A DNA stretch of 63,108 nt, filler included, from Reticulomyxa filosa (taxonomy: Eukaryota; Protista; Foraminifera): assembly GCA_000512085.1 (NCBI GenBank). It is 18 parts of 18 records of this genome, joined end to end, with 100 filler letters (N's around TTAATTAATTAA, not from the genome) between each part and the next. Parts side by side here need not be neighbours in the genome. Positions count along the whole stretch, not along the records: positions 12,333 to 15,814 come from ASPP01012015.1; positions 15,915 to 20,248 come from ASPP01018645.1; positions 20,349 to 23,901 come from ASPP01000240.1; positions 24,002 to 28,383 come from ASPP01023928.1; 14 more parts are not named here. One strand, written 5' to 3'. Shown piece after piece: positions 12,403 to 24,592 of this stretch. The notes below the pieces were generated by a model. The model ran no database searches, had not been told where the DNA came from, and saw only the letters and a program-made list of their open reading frames with translations. A program made the translations under genes and the position numbers. Within the stretch, counting starts at the first letter, position 1. Every line of letters begins with the position of its first letter.

Positions 12403-12990
12403 TTAATATTTTGAAATCCTCCTCCCCCTTTCTTCTCTCATGCTCACAAAACAAACTCTGATTATGCATCGGTTCACAATTACGTACTCCATGAAATAAA
12501 CGACCAACGCACTAAAGCTCGTGCTGAAACACAGAACGGCGATCAGTATAATGGTCCTCCTCGATATCTCCAGAACACTGCCCACAAAGGAGGAGTAAAG
12601 TCGCATGAGGTAGAACAGGTAGCACATGTATCTGCCCACAAACATTGGAAACATCGTCCATTGCCGAACCCAACACGACGTGTTCCAACTCAAGTCAAAT
12701 AGTGGAAGTATGCCGTATGTCACGTACTGTCCTGTGCAGAAGATATAGTTACAAGTCAATCCAAAGAAAAATGCTACGATCGTATACTTGTAGACGCTTC
12801 CTGTTTGTCTGGATCTCTTCCTTGGATTTCTTGACTCTAAACAAAATTTTCGAACATTCACAACATATATGCACGTTATCACAAGAAACACCACCGGAAG
12901 GGCTGTAATTTCTATATATGCTGTTAGTGCGGAATGATAAAAATTTTTATTGTAATTTTCACTGGCAGTAATTTGAATTTTATCCACCAT
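12403..12990 (-). CDS. Orphan 7TM/GPCR-like protein, partial
   Basis: Four hydrophobic helices, SCWVRQW before TM3, FYLMRLYSSF after it (DRY-like position). An intron begins near 12482 and the contig ends. Confidence 0.6.
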   Translation of the reverse strand: MVDKIQITASENYNKNFYHSALTAYIEITALPVVFLVITCIYVVNVRKFCLESRNPRKRSRQTGSVYKYTIVAFFFGLTCNYIFCTGQYVTYGILPLFDLSWNTSCWVRQWTMFPMFVGRYMCYLFYLMRLYSSFVGSVLEISRRTIILIAVLCFSTSFSALVVYFMEYVIVNRCIIRVCFVSMREERGRRISKY

Positions 12991-13293
12991 TCTTGAGAAC
13001 AACCAAATGCACAAAAGAGAAAAAAAACTAACAAGGAGAGCCTTCTCTATTTTTCCCGCTTGCACTACGTGTTTGTTGAATACGTCTTCTGTGCAGGAAA
13101 ACACAAGGCCGTTTAAAATTATTGTGCAGTTTTTCAAAGAGACATGACGTTGAACTATTGCAATTGTGTCCTGTTGCTAGGCCAACAAAAAGCACAATCA
13201 TTGAGGAAAGACACTTTTTTTAAGTCGTTAAAATTTTTTTAAAAAAACAAAAATTGAGCTCTTTGTCGTTGCAAAGAATTAGGTTATATTTCT

Positions 13294-14461
13294 ATGAAGT
13301 GGCTTGGTCGTTTATGTGGTTGTTCAAACAATTCCTGGACATCAGAAACACCTGTCACTTCTGGGAATATCAATAACCGTGTTTCTCCTGATCTTGCAAA
13401 TGAAAAGTCGACCTCTGTGCTGCAATTTCTAACCATTCCAGCGAAATACGATATAGACGAGAATTGTGATGAGGATGATCTAGAAAACGACAGCGGTCCA
13501 ACTCTTAGTTATTCTCGGAGCATAGGTGATTCCCAGCCTTCAATGGCAAGCACTGCAACGACTTCGAGCATGGTAACAAAGAATGAGATTCTAACAATAG
13601 CCGCATCGCCTATTGCTCCGCTGAGAAGCGAAAGTATCCCTTCATATTCGAGCGAATCGAGCGACAAGACCACATTTGCATTTAGCAGTGATTACATCTC
13701 CACCGAGCACAGCTCACTGCCGCAGCAGACGAACGGGACTTGCAACGCAAACACTCTTCGAATTACCTCTCAAAAAAAGAAAAAATCCTTAAAATTGCTG
13801 TTCCTGGACATTGACGGTGAGCATATGCTTGGAATGTAGTCTTTGGATTTTTTTGTTTATTCCTTTGTTGGGGATTGTTTTTTTTCTTTTCGCAAGTTGC
13901 GCACATTTTTTTCGCAACAAAAAAATACAAAATGTAGGCGTGCTGTGTTTTAGTGGACATATAATTTCGTCGGTCCATTTAAATCGAATATTGCAAATTA
14001 TGAAGAAAACGCAATGCAAAATTGTTCTAAGCACAACATGGAGACTTCAAAGCCATCTGAAACAACGGATCTTTGAAGCGTTTGCACATGCAATGGCAAA
14101 TGAGGTGGACAGTGGTCTCCCTTGTGAAAAAAGCAAAGTACATGTCGTTAACGTTCATGAACATATAATTGGACAGACGCCCGATTTCAAGCATCTGCGC
14201 CCACGAGCGTTCGAAATCATGGCGTTTGTTGATGCGGTCAAAACATTTCCTGATGTCCATTTACAAGATTGGGTCGTGATCGACGACTCAAATTTGTTTG
14301 CTCCCTGCGTACAAGATGACGTGAAGCGACAAATGAAAGAGCATTTTGTTCGGTGCAACACCAACATTGGAATTACAGAAGAGATTATGGAAACCATCAT
14401 TGCTAAGCTAAATGGCCATTCTAACATATGTTGCACAAATTCTCGAAAAGACACCTGTTAA
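13294..14461 (+). CDS. HAD-superfamily protein (HAD_SAK_2-like) with Ser-rich N-terminus; intron 13817-13937
   Basis: Splicing restores LFLDIDG|VL. Also KIVLSTTWR, IIGQTP, RAFEI, WVVIDD, FVRCNTNIGIT. Confidence 0.85.
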
Positions 14462-15914
14462 ATTGACAAAATCTTTCGAAAAAGAAAAAACAGGCTTTAA
14501 GGGGGGGGAGGTTCTTTTTTCTGAAGCTTTGTCGTGAATTATTGATATATTAACCGGATCTTTTTGCGTGTGATGCAAAGAGACGGTTAAAATTGTGCAT
14601 GGGTATTCGTTATTGAGTTTTTGCAGGGAAGGGTGTTGGTTTGTGGCTGGAATTGTGTTTCTAAACTTGACCAACACTACTTGTTGGGAACGCGGACAAA
14701 TTTGTCATTTGACAGATATTTTGGTTAATAACACAAGTCAAATAGCGTATATTCGAAGGGATAAGAGGAAAGTACGTCCATTTTGTAATATCTAAGTAAT
14801 ATGAAGATCACCAAGCGCAACTACTCTTAAATAAAATGACGTTTTCATAATTTAATCATATTGAATCAGTTCAACGGAAGCTTTCCTTTTAATTTTTACT
14901 CGCTTTCTTTTTTCATTAATTTGTTTTTACATTATGAAACAATGTTTAGCAAAAAAAAAGACCACAAGAGAAACAGATTATATTGTACATTTTTTATGTA
15001 AAAAAAAAGAAAAAATAATCCTTTTCACTATCACAAAAAAAAAGATAAATTTTGAGTATACTATTGTCTTATGCATTTGCTTTCATTTTACTAGAAACAA
15101 TTCTTTGGCGACCACTTTCCAACATTTAATTGAAACTTGAAGAAAAGTAAGACATTCCATCGTAACGAAATTACAGTGTTTTTTCTATATTAAATACTAT
15201 TCTTAATTGATTATTTTTAAATTAAAATGACTAATTTTGCTACTTTTAAAAGCAAACTTGTAAGGTAAATTAGATTCCATATCAAACTAAAATATCGACA
15301 GCACAGAGTAAAAAGGGGACGCAAGATTAAAAAATCTATTTTTGGAATAGTAGTGATAATTCGTCGACGATCATTACAAATGACCAGTTGGAGAACAGGC
15401 AATTTAGTAAGCTTTAATAAATCAAAACGTGGCAATCGAAGAAGACGAGACAGTAGACTAGGCTATCTGAAATATGAACGTGACTTGAATGATTGTGGAA
15501 GAAGATATCATCAATTTGAGTTTAAAGTTGCAAATACTTTTAATATGAGTCAAAACTACCGATAAAGGAAAGAAACAAAAATAGTCCAACTTATCAAAGG
15601 GCTTTGGTATGTATCAACACAGTCCAAATTCGTAAAGTAATAAGAACTGATTAAATAGAAATCACAACTGAAGAATTTTACTTTTAATAAAGTTTAAAGA
15701 TGTGATTATCAACACAATAAACGCAAAATATCGTCCAAATAGATGCATTACAAACAGCAATATATACAAAACTAGCAATTGCTACGACAATTATCATTAT
15801 AATGAATTTAGACGNNNNNNNNNNNNNNNNNNNNNNNNNNNNNNNNNNNNNNNNNNNNTTAATTAATTAANNNNNNNNNNNNNNNNNNNNNNNNNNNNNN
15901 NNNNNNNNNNNNNN

Positions 15915-16490
15915 GAAGATTAACTTCGAATTTCGTTCAGATACTGCTAGATGTTGCATTATCTAGTTGTTTTTTGCTTCCTTCAAAATGCAACACTTGA
16001 TCCAATTCCATGTGGAGTATTTTGTCCCAACATGGCTTCAGTATAGCCTATCAGAGTAAAAACACCTTGCCTCGCCGTCACGAGCCTTGTTATCAGCTAG
16101 TGAGTTTCGGTTTTACCCGTGTTCATTAGAAGTTACTCGACCGTCGGAGTTCTGCCAAACACAAAAAACATTTATTTGCCTCGAGATTACCTCAAAGGCG
16201 TCAAACACTCTTAATGCAAGCAAGGTTCGACCTTCTCCCGCAAGCCTCCCGTTTCCAGTAAAAGGGTTAATATCCCAGCCACCAGGAGTATGCACCTCGA
16301 TATTCTTAAAGCAACTTAGTGCAAGATACTCGTGGGTTTAAAAAGCGCTTCCACCTCTCAAAGCACACAACACACTAGACGCTGAGCCGACAACTATAAC
16401 CCCCGAAAATAAATCTTAAGAGATGTTATAGTGTCTTGACACTTTCAACCCACAATCTCTTTCAAAATACTACTTTTTAAGAAAAGTTAG
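15915..16490 (-). mobile_element. LINE 5' region with extra coding segment
   Basis: 15915-15995 matches 23279-23365; 16000-16170 matches 32135-32320; 16195-16280 matches 30090-30175; 16435-16497 matches 32565-32628. Confidence 0.7.
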
Positions 16491-16499
16491 TATTAATGA

Positions 16500-16640
16500 T
16501 GAAGTGGTAAATATTCATCATAGTGATATTACAAAAGACGAAGTTATTAATGATATGATACATTTGTCGCCGTACAAAGCGCAATATCCACAGTCCAATG
16601 GTGGCAATGCAATGATTAAATCATTTGTATTCTTATTTTG
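16500..16640 (+). mobile_element. LINE ORF2 fragment
   Basis: DITKDEVINDMIHLSPYKAQ, homologous to 1880-1940 on the minus strand. Confidence 0.6.
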
Positions 16641-16854
16641 ATGGATTTTACTGTTTCGAAACGTGTCTATTCACAAAAACGAACAATAACTAGAAATTAT
16701 TGATATCAAGCGCAAGAAGTAAAAAGACTTCATTAAATGACATTAATATTATCTAATTCTGAAGATGTTATCAATATATTGAAAGAAAGACATTGAATAT
16801 TCAATACTAAAAGCAAAATATTTGACAATACAAAATCACATTTCAAGCAATGCG

Positions 16855-17084
16855 TGTGGGACGTCTACTGCTGATAAGAGACGACACTAAATGTAACACG
16901 AAAAGCTTTACTCAAAAAGAGATTCATTTTCGATAAAATAAAAGTAAATTAAGTAAATGGAAGATAAATAACACAATAAAAGAAAGAAAACAAACAAATA
17001 GTGAAGAAAAGTTGGCTGAGAAGTTTAACCCACTGGAACTCCTCTTTCAGAGTTTAGTAATCTATAGTATGGACTTGCCCTACA
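16855..17084 (+). mobile_element. Solo-LTR-like element, copy 2
   Basis: TGTGGGACGTCT...CACTAAATGTAACACGAAA...AAGTTTAACCCACTGG...GGACTTGCCCTACA. Confidence 0.7.
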
Positions 17085-18354
17085 GCAGTAAATGCTAATG
17101 CTAAACAATATTGCTAGTGAAGTTTGCAAATGTTGCAAATTTGCAAAAAAGTTATATTTGAAGTAACGGTGATTTATCTCGCCTTTCAACATTTGAGATT
17201 TTATTTGTTTGTTACTTTTTGTAACTTATTGTATTGTATTCAAGTTTGAGTGAAGTGCTTGTTTTACAATATTTTTCTTGTTGTGAATTTAATTATAACA
17301 TTCTTTGCTAAAAAAAAAATTCTTGGACGTGAAATCTACAGCATATAACACAGTAGATGTAATATTGTAGATTCAATCATTAGAATTTAGAATACGATAA
17401 AAATAAGTGAAATTGTATCATAAGATTGTTCGACGTAGTAGAAATTCACTATTTACCACAAATCTCTTCAAAAGAACAATTTTTTTAAAATGACTATTAA
17501 GTGTGCTAGTCTGATTTTTTTTACAATATAAACACAATAAAATTTTGATGCTATGGAGATAGCATATTTCATTTGTACTGCATAAAAAATTTTTAAAATA
17601 AAAAAATAGTTGAAGAGTTGCTAAATTAAGATAATTGAAAGTTTGATGATTTGATGTAATTTGTATTTGAGCTAAAAAGAACTGATTTGAGCATCAAAAA
17701 GATGTTACGATAAAGACGTTTAATCAATTTTTTTCCACAAGAAATTTGGATGCAAAAGTAGTAAGGATCTTCATAGAAAGAACGATGCAATTTCGTGAGC
17801 AAAGGTACATGCTAATTTGCCACTATCTCCATCATCAATAAGAGTGTCATTTGTGTAATATGTCTGCTGTCAATTTTTCTTCACCATTTTCACACTGTTG
17901 TCGATCAATAAACAAATAGAAAAAATGAAAACAAGCGTGATGAAAAGGTATACACATAACATGGAGATTGAGAGGATAAAGTGTGATAATCGACCGGAAC
18001 AGTGTAATCTCGCAATTGCGGCAGGTATTTATCAGCGTCAAACGCTAAACAATTTAAGCATTGATTGCCAGTTATAGTGAAGAAAAAGTTGAATAATAGT
18101 TTGTGACCAACAATTCTTTGGCTTTCTTTCTCAAAACATTGCAGACAACTTTCTGGATGAAAACTATAAGAAAATCGTTCGAAATTTCTTTTGTGGTATC
18201 TGGGAACGCATTTTGTCAAATGATCCCACGCATAAAATTTGTCCGAAAATTTCAGAATGATCCAAATATTACCCAAAAAATTTGTAACAAAGGAAGAATA
18301 ACCCAAAAACACAGACTTGACGATTTAAAATAATCAAAAAATGATTTTTTTTGT

Positions 18355-19234
18355 TCACTGGGCAAACTGTCCCCTGTTTCCTTGCCTTTGATTGCGTGCT
18401 TGGAAACGATTGAAGCCAAATTGCTCTTGGTCTTGCCTCTGTCCAGTGACGCGATCTTGATCAAAACGTCGTCTTGGAACTGAATCTCTGGGTCTGTCAT
18501 TGCTGAATTCTTGGCGACGTCCACGTCTCAGACCTTGTCTCGGCGGACCTCTGCGACCGTCTCGAGTTTCCACATTGTTAGGAGGTCCTGCGCGGTTTCC
18601 GTAGTTACGAATAAAACCACGTCCACGCCCGCGTCCTCGGCCACGGGGTGCTTTCACACTTTCTGTAAGGATAGGCTCTTGATAACCTATCGCAGTGCTT
18701 TCCAACTCTGACGAGTTGCGTGATAAGATTATAGAAATGCTTGCAACTCTACGTGTTGTTGTTACTTCTTTTAATCCCTCTTCCAGAGGTTCCCAAATAT
18801 CTGTCACTTCCAATGTATCTAACGTGGTTAATTGATGAAGGTTTGCGATTTTCCGTTTTACCACCTCCGCGGTTGTTACTGCACTATAGACAGCTCGACC
18901 TGTGGCCTTCAATACGATCGTGTCATATTGTTTACTTGGGCCTTTGTTAGCATTTCCATTCTCGTCTTCGATCTTCACGTCATTTTCTTGATCTTTTGCT
19001 TGAGGACCGTTTAACAAACGAACTGCATAGTCCACATATCGCTTCACCAGTCCCTTTGATTTTGGTAAACATTTCTCATTTTACATGCATCAAGCAACAG
19101 ATGTTTCGTTTGGACTGAACTAGAGTAGTTACTCTGACTTCATTTTCCTCAATTGAAGGTTGATTGCTTGGATTCTTTTTTCTTTGATATTTGGATTTAG
19201 TTGTTCCGTTAATAACTATCTCTGCTTGCGCCAT
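18355..19234 (-). CDS. Alba/Rpp25-family nucleic-acid-binding protein with RGG tail; intron 19054-19120
   Basis: NEVRVT|..KRYVDYA, IVLKATGRAVYSAVTTAEVVKRKIANLHQ, DIWEPLEEGL, RRVASISIILS, GYQEP, RGRGRGRG. Confidence 0.92.
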
Positions 19235-19374
19235 TGGATCAATAAGAGGAAAACTAGAGTTTTTAAATAATTTTTTGCAGCAAACAAAACAACCCACATA
19301 CAATAAAAAATCTATGAAGCTTAAATATAGTGACTAAATGTATTCAAATAAGCTTTTTCAAATAACATTTATTA

Positions 19375-19580
19375 TGTAGGAACAGTTGTGGCGACTAAGT
19401 GTAGTACGAAAGGAACGTAGTTCCAAGTAAAAAGAAAGTAAATTAATAAGAATAATTACAACAAAATAAAAAAGAGAAAAGACAAGAGAAAGTGAGTTGT
19501 GTTTGTGAAGAAAGTTTAGCCCACTGGGGCTCCAGTGTTTCCTTAGAACTTTGGCTTTCATAACATGGACTTACACTACA
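19375..19580 (+). mobile_element. Solo-LTR-like element, copy 3, TSD ATTA
   Basis: ATTA|TGTAGG...GACTAAGTGTAGTACGAAA...AAGTTTAGCCCACTGG...GGACTTACACTACA|ATTA. Confidence 0.8.
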
Positions 19581-20183
19581 ATTAAAACAGTGGCATATAT
19601 ATTTTGAATTATATTGTTTTTAAACAGATATTGCCAAGTATTTTGGACTCTAATTTTTAATCAACTAGCAATCTTTTATAATTGCGTCAAACATTAAGCT
19701 AAAATAAAACATAATATCTAAAAAAAGATGCAAGGATTGCTAACTGTTACTTGAATGGAATAAAATGTAGTGAATGGTCCTACATTCACAACTCTTTGAT
19801 TCATCTATGTAACATATGTACTTTCATGAATTTGAAATTTGTTTGTTGAGTCTTCTTTGGCTGTATTTCTAACTGACATTTTTCGCTTGCTGACTCAAGC
19901 GTTTCAATTTCATGCGCAGCGCTTAATAGTTATCAATTGGTAATGATTTCGATTATTTGTAATAGTGCTTCACATGTAGCTTTTGCAGTTTTGACACGAA
20001 TGATTTTTTCGAATAAGTTAGTATTTTTTATTTTGATGCTTAATGTATTAGTACTTTGAATAGCATATTGCCGAATAAATTTCGATAACAGTTTTGGCTT
20101 GTTTCAGATCATTGACCTAATACGAATAATAACAGATTTTCAAATTTCAAAATTATCTTTGTGCTTTTTATTGTTTTCAAATA

Positions 20184-20248
20184 CATTAAGATAAAAAGAA
20201 AGTTGACACCTAAAATGCCAACTTATAGAGATGATTGTGTTTCTCCAT
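20184..20248 (+). repeat. Tc1-family TIR start, cut by the contig end
   Basis: TA|CATTAAGATAAAAAGAAAGTTGACACCTAAAATGCCAACTTATAGAGATG, near-identical to 33450-33500. Confidence 0.75.
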
Positions 20249-20348
20249 NNNNNNNNNNNNNNNNNNNNNNNNNNNNNNNNNNNNNNNNNNNNTTAATTAA
20301 TTAANNNNNNNNNNNNNNNNNNNNNNNNNNNNNNNNNNNNNNNNNNNN

Positions 20349-22110
20349 GGATGTTGAATTGGATGTGCACTCAGATCATCTCCCAATCATGTTCAATATC
20401 AAGACCACGTGGTCATTACCACGAATTGAACAACAAAAGATTGAGAAGTAATAAATGGGGAAATTTAGATTAAGACTGAAAAGGAATACTGAAAATTGGA
20501 TGAAATCTATTGATCCAATTGTATCGAGAGATCAAGATTCTTTGGATGAAGCAGTCAAATATTGGACCAAATGTGTTGTTGAAGCTGGAGAAGCTACAAT
20601 TGGTATCAAGGCAATTTGGAAGGCAACAAGCCATGGTGTCTAAATTGATTACGAAAGCGAGTTCAAAAATCAAAGAACAGATTTCGTAAACAAAGAACAC
20701 AATGAATTTAATGCTATATAAGATAGCTGCCAAGCAATCGCGAAGGAAATTGAATTAGAAAAGTATCGATATATTGTGGACAGCATTAATTCGCTGCATG
20801 AAGGGAACACAAGAAATTTATTTACACAATTCAAAGCATTAGTGATGATTCCAATCATAACACAGATGAATTGTTATTGAGATTGACTAAGACAATCCAC
20901 AAGCGTGTGATAGTGTTTTGAGAAATGGATTGATATATTGGTGGATCGATAGTTTCTTATCAGATCGACTCGGAAGAGTTGTATTGAATGGAATTCAATA
21001 CTGGAGTTCCCCAAGGATCTGCTTTATCCCCAATATTATTTCTACTGTATATCAGCAGACATTCATAAGAGACGATTGGAAAGGATACAAAGGATTGCAA
21101 TGCGATATTATCACGTGGATACATCAATGAAGCTGATGCTGGAGTGCCGACAGTTGAACCAGATTCATATCCAATCCCAAATGTTCCATCAATGCAAATT
21201 GTAATGATGCCATAATCAAATAAATCACCATTTGCGATCTTCAATGAGCCAACATCATATGAAATTTTGTCATCATTGGATTGCACTGTGATATTTTGTA
21301 ATGGAAGTACGTTCCCGAATCCTGAAATTGGAGGAGCAGAACTTGTCATTCAGGATCCATAATGGCTGGAGTTGGAATATCCAATCAATGGTATTACAAC
21401 AAATATTGGATCAGATATCGAGACTTGCATTGGAACATGTGAGTAATCATTACAGATCACATTTCTTTTTTGGGTACTGTGTTCTATTTCTTAGAACGAG
21501 GTGCTCTTTTAACTGGCAAAAAGCAGTGCAAGTTGAAGATGAAGCTAGATAGTAGTCCAACACTTTACAATCCATCTAAAAAAAAAGTTATTATACAAGA
21601 CAATTATCAGGCCATCATTGGAATATGCTTTTGCATTTTGGAATGGTGCTGCTGATTGCCACAAACGAAGATTATAAAGGATCCAAAGAGTATCAATGTG
21701 TAGAATCCTTGGAGTTATGAATTCCACAGTATATGATACTGTGAATGTAATTACCCAATTGCCTCTATTGGAATTACGACGAAGACAAGAAAAATTAACG
21801 TTATTCCAGAAATGTGTGAGATCGAATCATGAATTCAAAGAGAATGAAAGATTTGTTGGCAATGGAAATTGTCGACATTATCAAAGGTATATATCCACGG
21901 TGCAGAAGCAGGTGTTCCAATTGCACAACCAGATCAATACCCACATTTTAATAAACCACTAACGCAAGTATTGAAACTACCAATAAAGTTTCTATTTGAG
22001 AAATGGATTGAACCAACACAAGAAGAGATATTGACATCTTTGGATAACAATGCAATTGTCATCTTTGCAGATGGAAGTATCAAACCAGATCCAGGAATTG
22101 GTGGATATTG
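20349..22110 (+). mobile_element. Degenerate LINE ORF2 (APE end, RT, RNase H); two nested or tandem copies
   Basis: HSDHLPI (APE), WIDSFLSDR..V, GVPQGSALSPILFLLYI (RT), IVIFADGSIKPDPGIGG (RNase H), and a second RNase H start VIFCNGSTFPNPEIGGA at about 21290. Confidence 0.88.
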
Positions 22111-23278
22111 TGGCAAAGAGAGCAAGATTTAAAGCTGAAGTGGAGCAACTTAATTATTTCGAAGACCAGACCGAACAGCTCCATGGACTGAATCCATTCT
22201 TCACTGAAGAATGGAGATGGAGCCACAAAAGGGCTTAGAGATGCATGGCGAGCAGCAATCAATACATTGTTACCGTTCTTCAAGTTCAAGATATCGAACC
22301 TGATAAGTTTGGTGATTGGAGACAATACATGGGAATCTGAAACAAGAATCAAAGTTGTCAAGGAACTTGCAAAGTTCGTTGTTGCAACTGGAAGGAAACT
22401 TTGATATTTTTCTTTTCTTGACAAATTTTAACAAATTTTTTGTAACCATTTTGAACAACTTTTCTTTTGTTTTTTTGGATAACTATTGTAATTTTATGTT
22501 TTTATTTTATTTTTGGTGCCATGACCTAGTTTGGTCCAGGTACTTTAACTTGCTTTGGTTTGCACTTTCGGCAGGGCGAATGACAGTGATGAGTGAATGA
22601 CGAAGCAAGGAGTAGTCGGACACCTTCACGCCCTCCCGGTGCAAAAGCTAAAAAAAAAGGGCCTTTAAGAGCCTTTTCGTTGATTTCCGGACTGGCTCGG
22701 AGCAGTAGGCTTTTCGCGTGTTTTTGGAACAGAGTCCGAAAATATTTGTTAATGAAATGCCGAGCCGCGATTGAATGATGTATTTTTTTTTAGCAAGAAT
22801 GAGATCTTATCCAAGTTAAAATGAGCACCTCGTCTCAAAAGGAACACAGTACTCTAATAAAAACAAACAAAAAAATGGAAAAGATCAACAAAACATATCA
22901 AAAACTCACACAATCAACAAGTGAAAAAAAAATTTTAAATCTTTAAAATATCAAAAAAAACAAATAAATCTCAAAGGTTGTACGGCGAGATCAATCAACG
23001 GTTGTGGAATGGTCAGGGGGGCAATGCTAATGCTCAACCGAATCCTCTGAGCCTTGTTTTCGAATTGTTAAAGTCTTAGCGAAATATTGATATTCAATTC
23101 ACCTCTTTTAACAAATTAAACAAACTAAAACAAAAAATGAAACACTTATTATTAAAGAAAAGCATTTGAACGATAAAAAAAAAATTTTACCAGTTAAAAA
23201 AAAATTTCTTTGAAAGTATTTTCTTTGTATCTGTTTTTGCCACAATCTTGTTGACGACGAAAATCGCTGTTAATAATC

Positions 23279-23365
23279 GAAGATTAACTTCGAACTTCTT
23301 TCAGATACTGCTAGATGTTGCAGTATCTAGTTGTTCTGTGTTTGTCTTCCTTCAAAATACAACTT
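23279..23365. repeat. Dispersed repeat, copy of 15915-15995, with hairpin AGATACTGC/GCAGTATCT
   Basis: Direct sequence match; 9-bp perfect stem. Confidence 0.75.
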
Positions 23366-23459
23366 TTTTTTCAAAAGTTTAAGTATTCCTTTTTTTTTAA
23401 TGATGTATTTTGGCATTTTTGCCACTCCCTTTCGCTTCGGCATTTGCCCCTGTTGGCTT

Positions 23460-23670
23460 TTTTAGTTAGCCAATGATGATGAAGGAGATATGAATTTTTT
23501 TTTTATGCATAAAGTCTTATCAGCTGCAAATAACATCTTCCATTTATCCGACCAAATAGATACTTCATTCCAGACTTTGCTACAATAATTGCAATTGATT
23601 GTTGGTAAATCATTAACAATATTAGTGTAAAGCGTACTCCAGTATTGAATTCTAATCTGAATTAGTTCCA
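23460..23670 (-). mobile_element. LINE RT fragment
   Basis: WSDKWKMLFAADKT, homologous to 1710-1760. Confidence 0.65.
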
Positions 23671-23679
23671 TTCAATATA

Positions 23680-23901
23680 CAGTAGGTTGCAAAGAAAACT
23701 GAACGCCTAAAACGATATCATATGATGATAATTGATTTTCTCAATGAAAAATCAACATCTAGACCTAATTTTTTTTTAAAAAAATATCTACAAATCTTGT
23801 AGTTTTTAAATATGGTATTGGTTTTTTAATAACTTTTTTTTTGTTGGATGAAATCACACATTCTTCCAAATGATTTTTGAAAATTCTGCGAGAATGCGTA
23901 T
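23680..23901 (+). repeat. Tc1-family long TIR
   Basis: TA|CAGTAGGTTGCAAAGAAAACTGAACGCCTAAAAC..., colinear with 33440-33700. Confidence 0.75.
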
Positions 23902-24001
23902 NNNNNNNNNNNNNNNNNNNNNNNNNNNNNNNNNNNNNNNNNNNNTTAATTAATTAANNNNNNNNNNNNNNNNNNNNNNNNNNNNNNNNNNNNNNNNNNN
24001 N

Positions 24002-24040
<39 letters not shown>

Positions 24041-24088
24041 TAACCTTTAATTTTATACAAATTTTTTTTTTTAAAAAAAAAAAAAAAG

Positions 24089-24592
24089 AATGAGAACAAA
24101 CAATCATTCAGTGCAACAATCGCGCCATTGGTGGAATGCATTCGCTTTCCTTTGATGAATCAACGCTTTATTTGTGACAAGGTGTTCCAACATGGGTTTT
24201 TGTCGGACGATGAACTTTTGGGGCTTTTTCGAAGTGCACAGCTCAAAGACCCTTCGCTCACAAGGTTCAATGCGAAAAAAAGGGGCACCAACCATCGACA
24301 CTACAACGATGATGAGTCCGACAACATCGACGGAAACACAATGTTTGGAGTAATGACCTACTTCGATTTTATCGACTGGCTCCAAGACTTGGACAAGGAC
24401 GTGGACTGTGAGGTCGAATGGAATAGCAACTGGTGGGATGCACGCACCACGCATGCAGACGGAAACAAAATTCGGATCACTTATCCTGGATATGCAGACA
24501 CTTGGGATGAGGTCATTGGCAGGTACTCTGGTCGATTTAGACCGCGTGGATATACTGGAAAGACAAAAATACAACACTACGAATGGCTTTGA
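24089..24592 (+). CDS. 3' exon of a BTB/BACK-type protein with C-terminal Tudor/Agenet-like domain
   Basis: ECIRFPLM..GFLSDDELLGLF..RFNAKKR (end of BACK, BTBD1/2/3/6-like), then CEVEWNSNWWDARTTHADGNKIRITYPGYADTWDEVI..SGRFRP. Confidence 0.65.
   Translation, partial: NENKQSFSATIAPLVECIRFPLMNQRFICDKVFQHGFLSDDELLGLFRSAQLKDPSLTRFNAKKRGTNHRHYNDDESDNIDGNTMFGVMTYFDFIDWLQDLDKDVDCEVEWNSNWWDARTTHADGNKIRITYPGYADTWDEVIGRYSGRFRPRGYTGKTKIQHYEWL

Noticed and set aside
22584-22625. Hammerhead-like core GTGATGAGT..ACGAAGC
   Set aside because: Two core mismatches against CUGAUGA/GAAA, and no stem I or stem III pairing.
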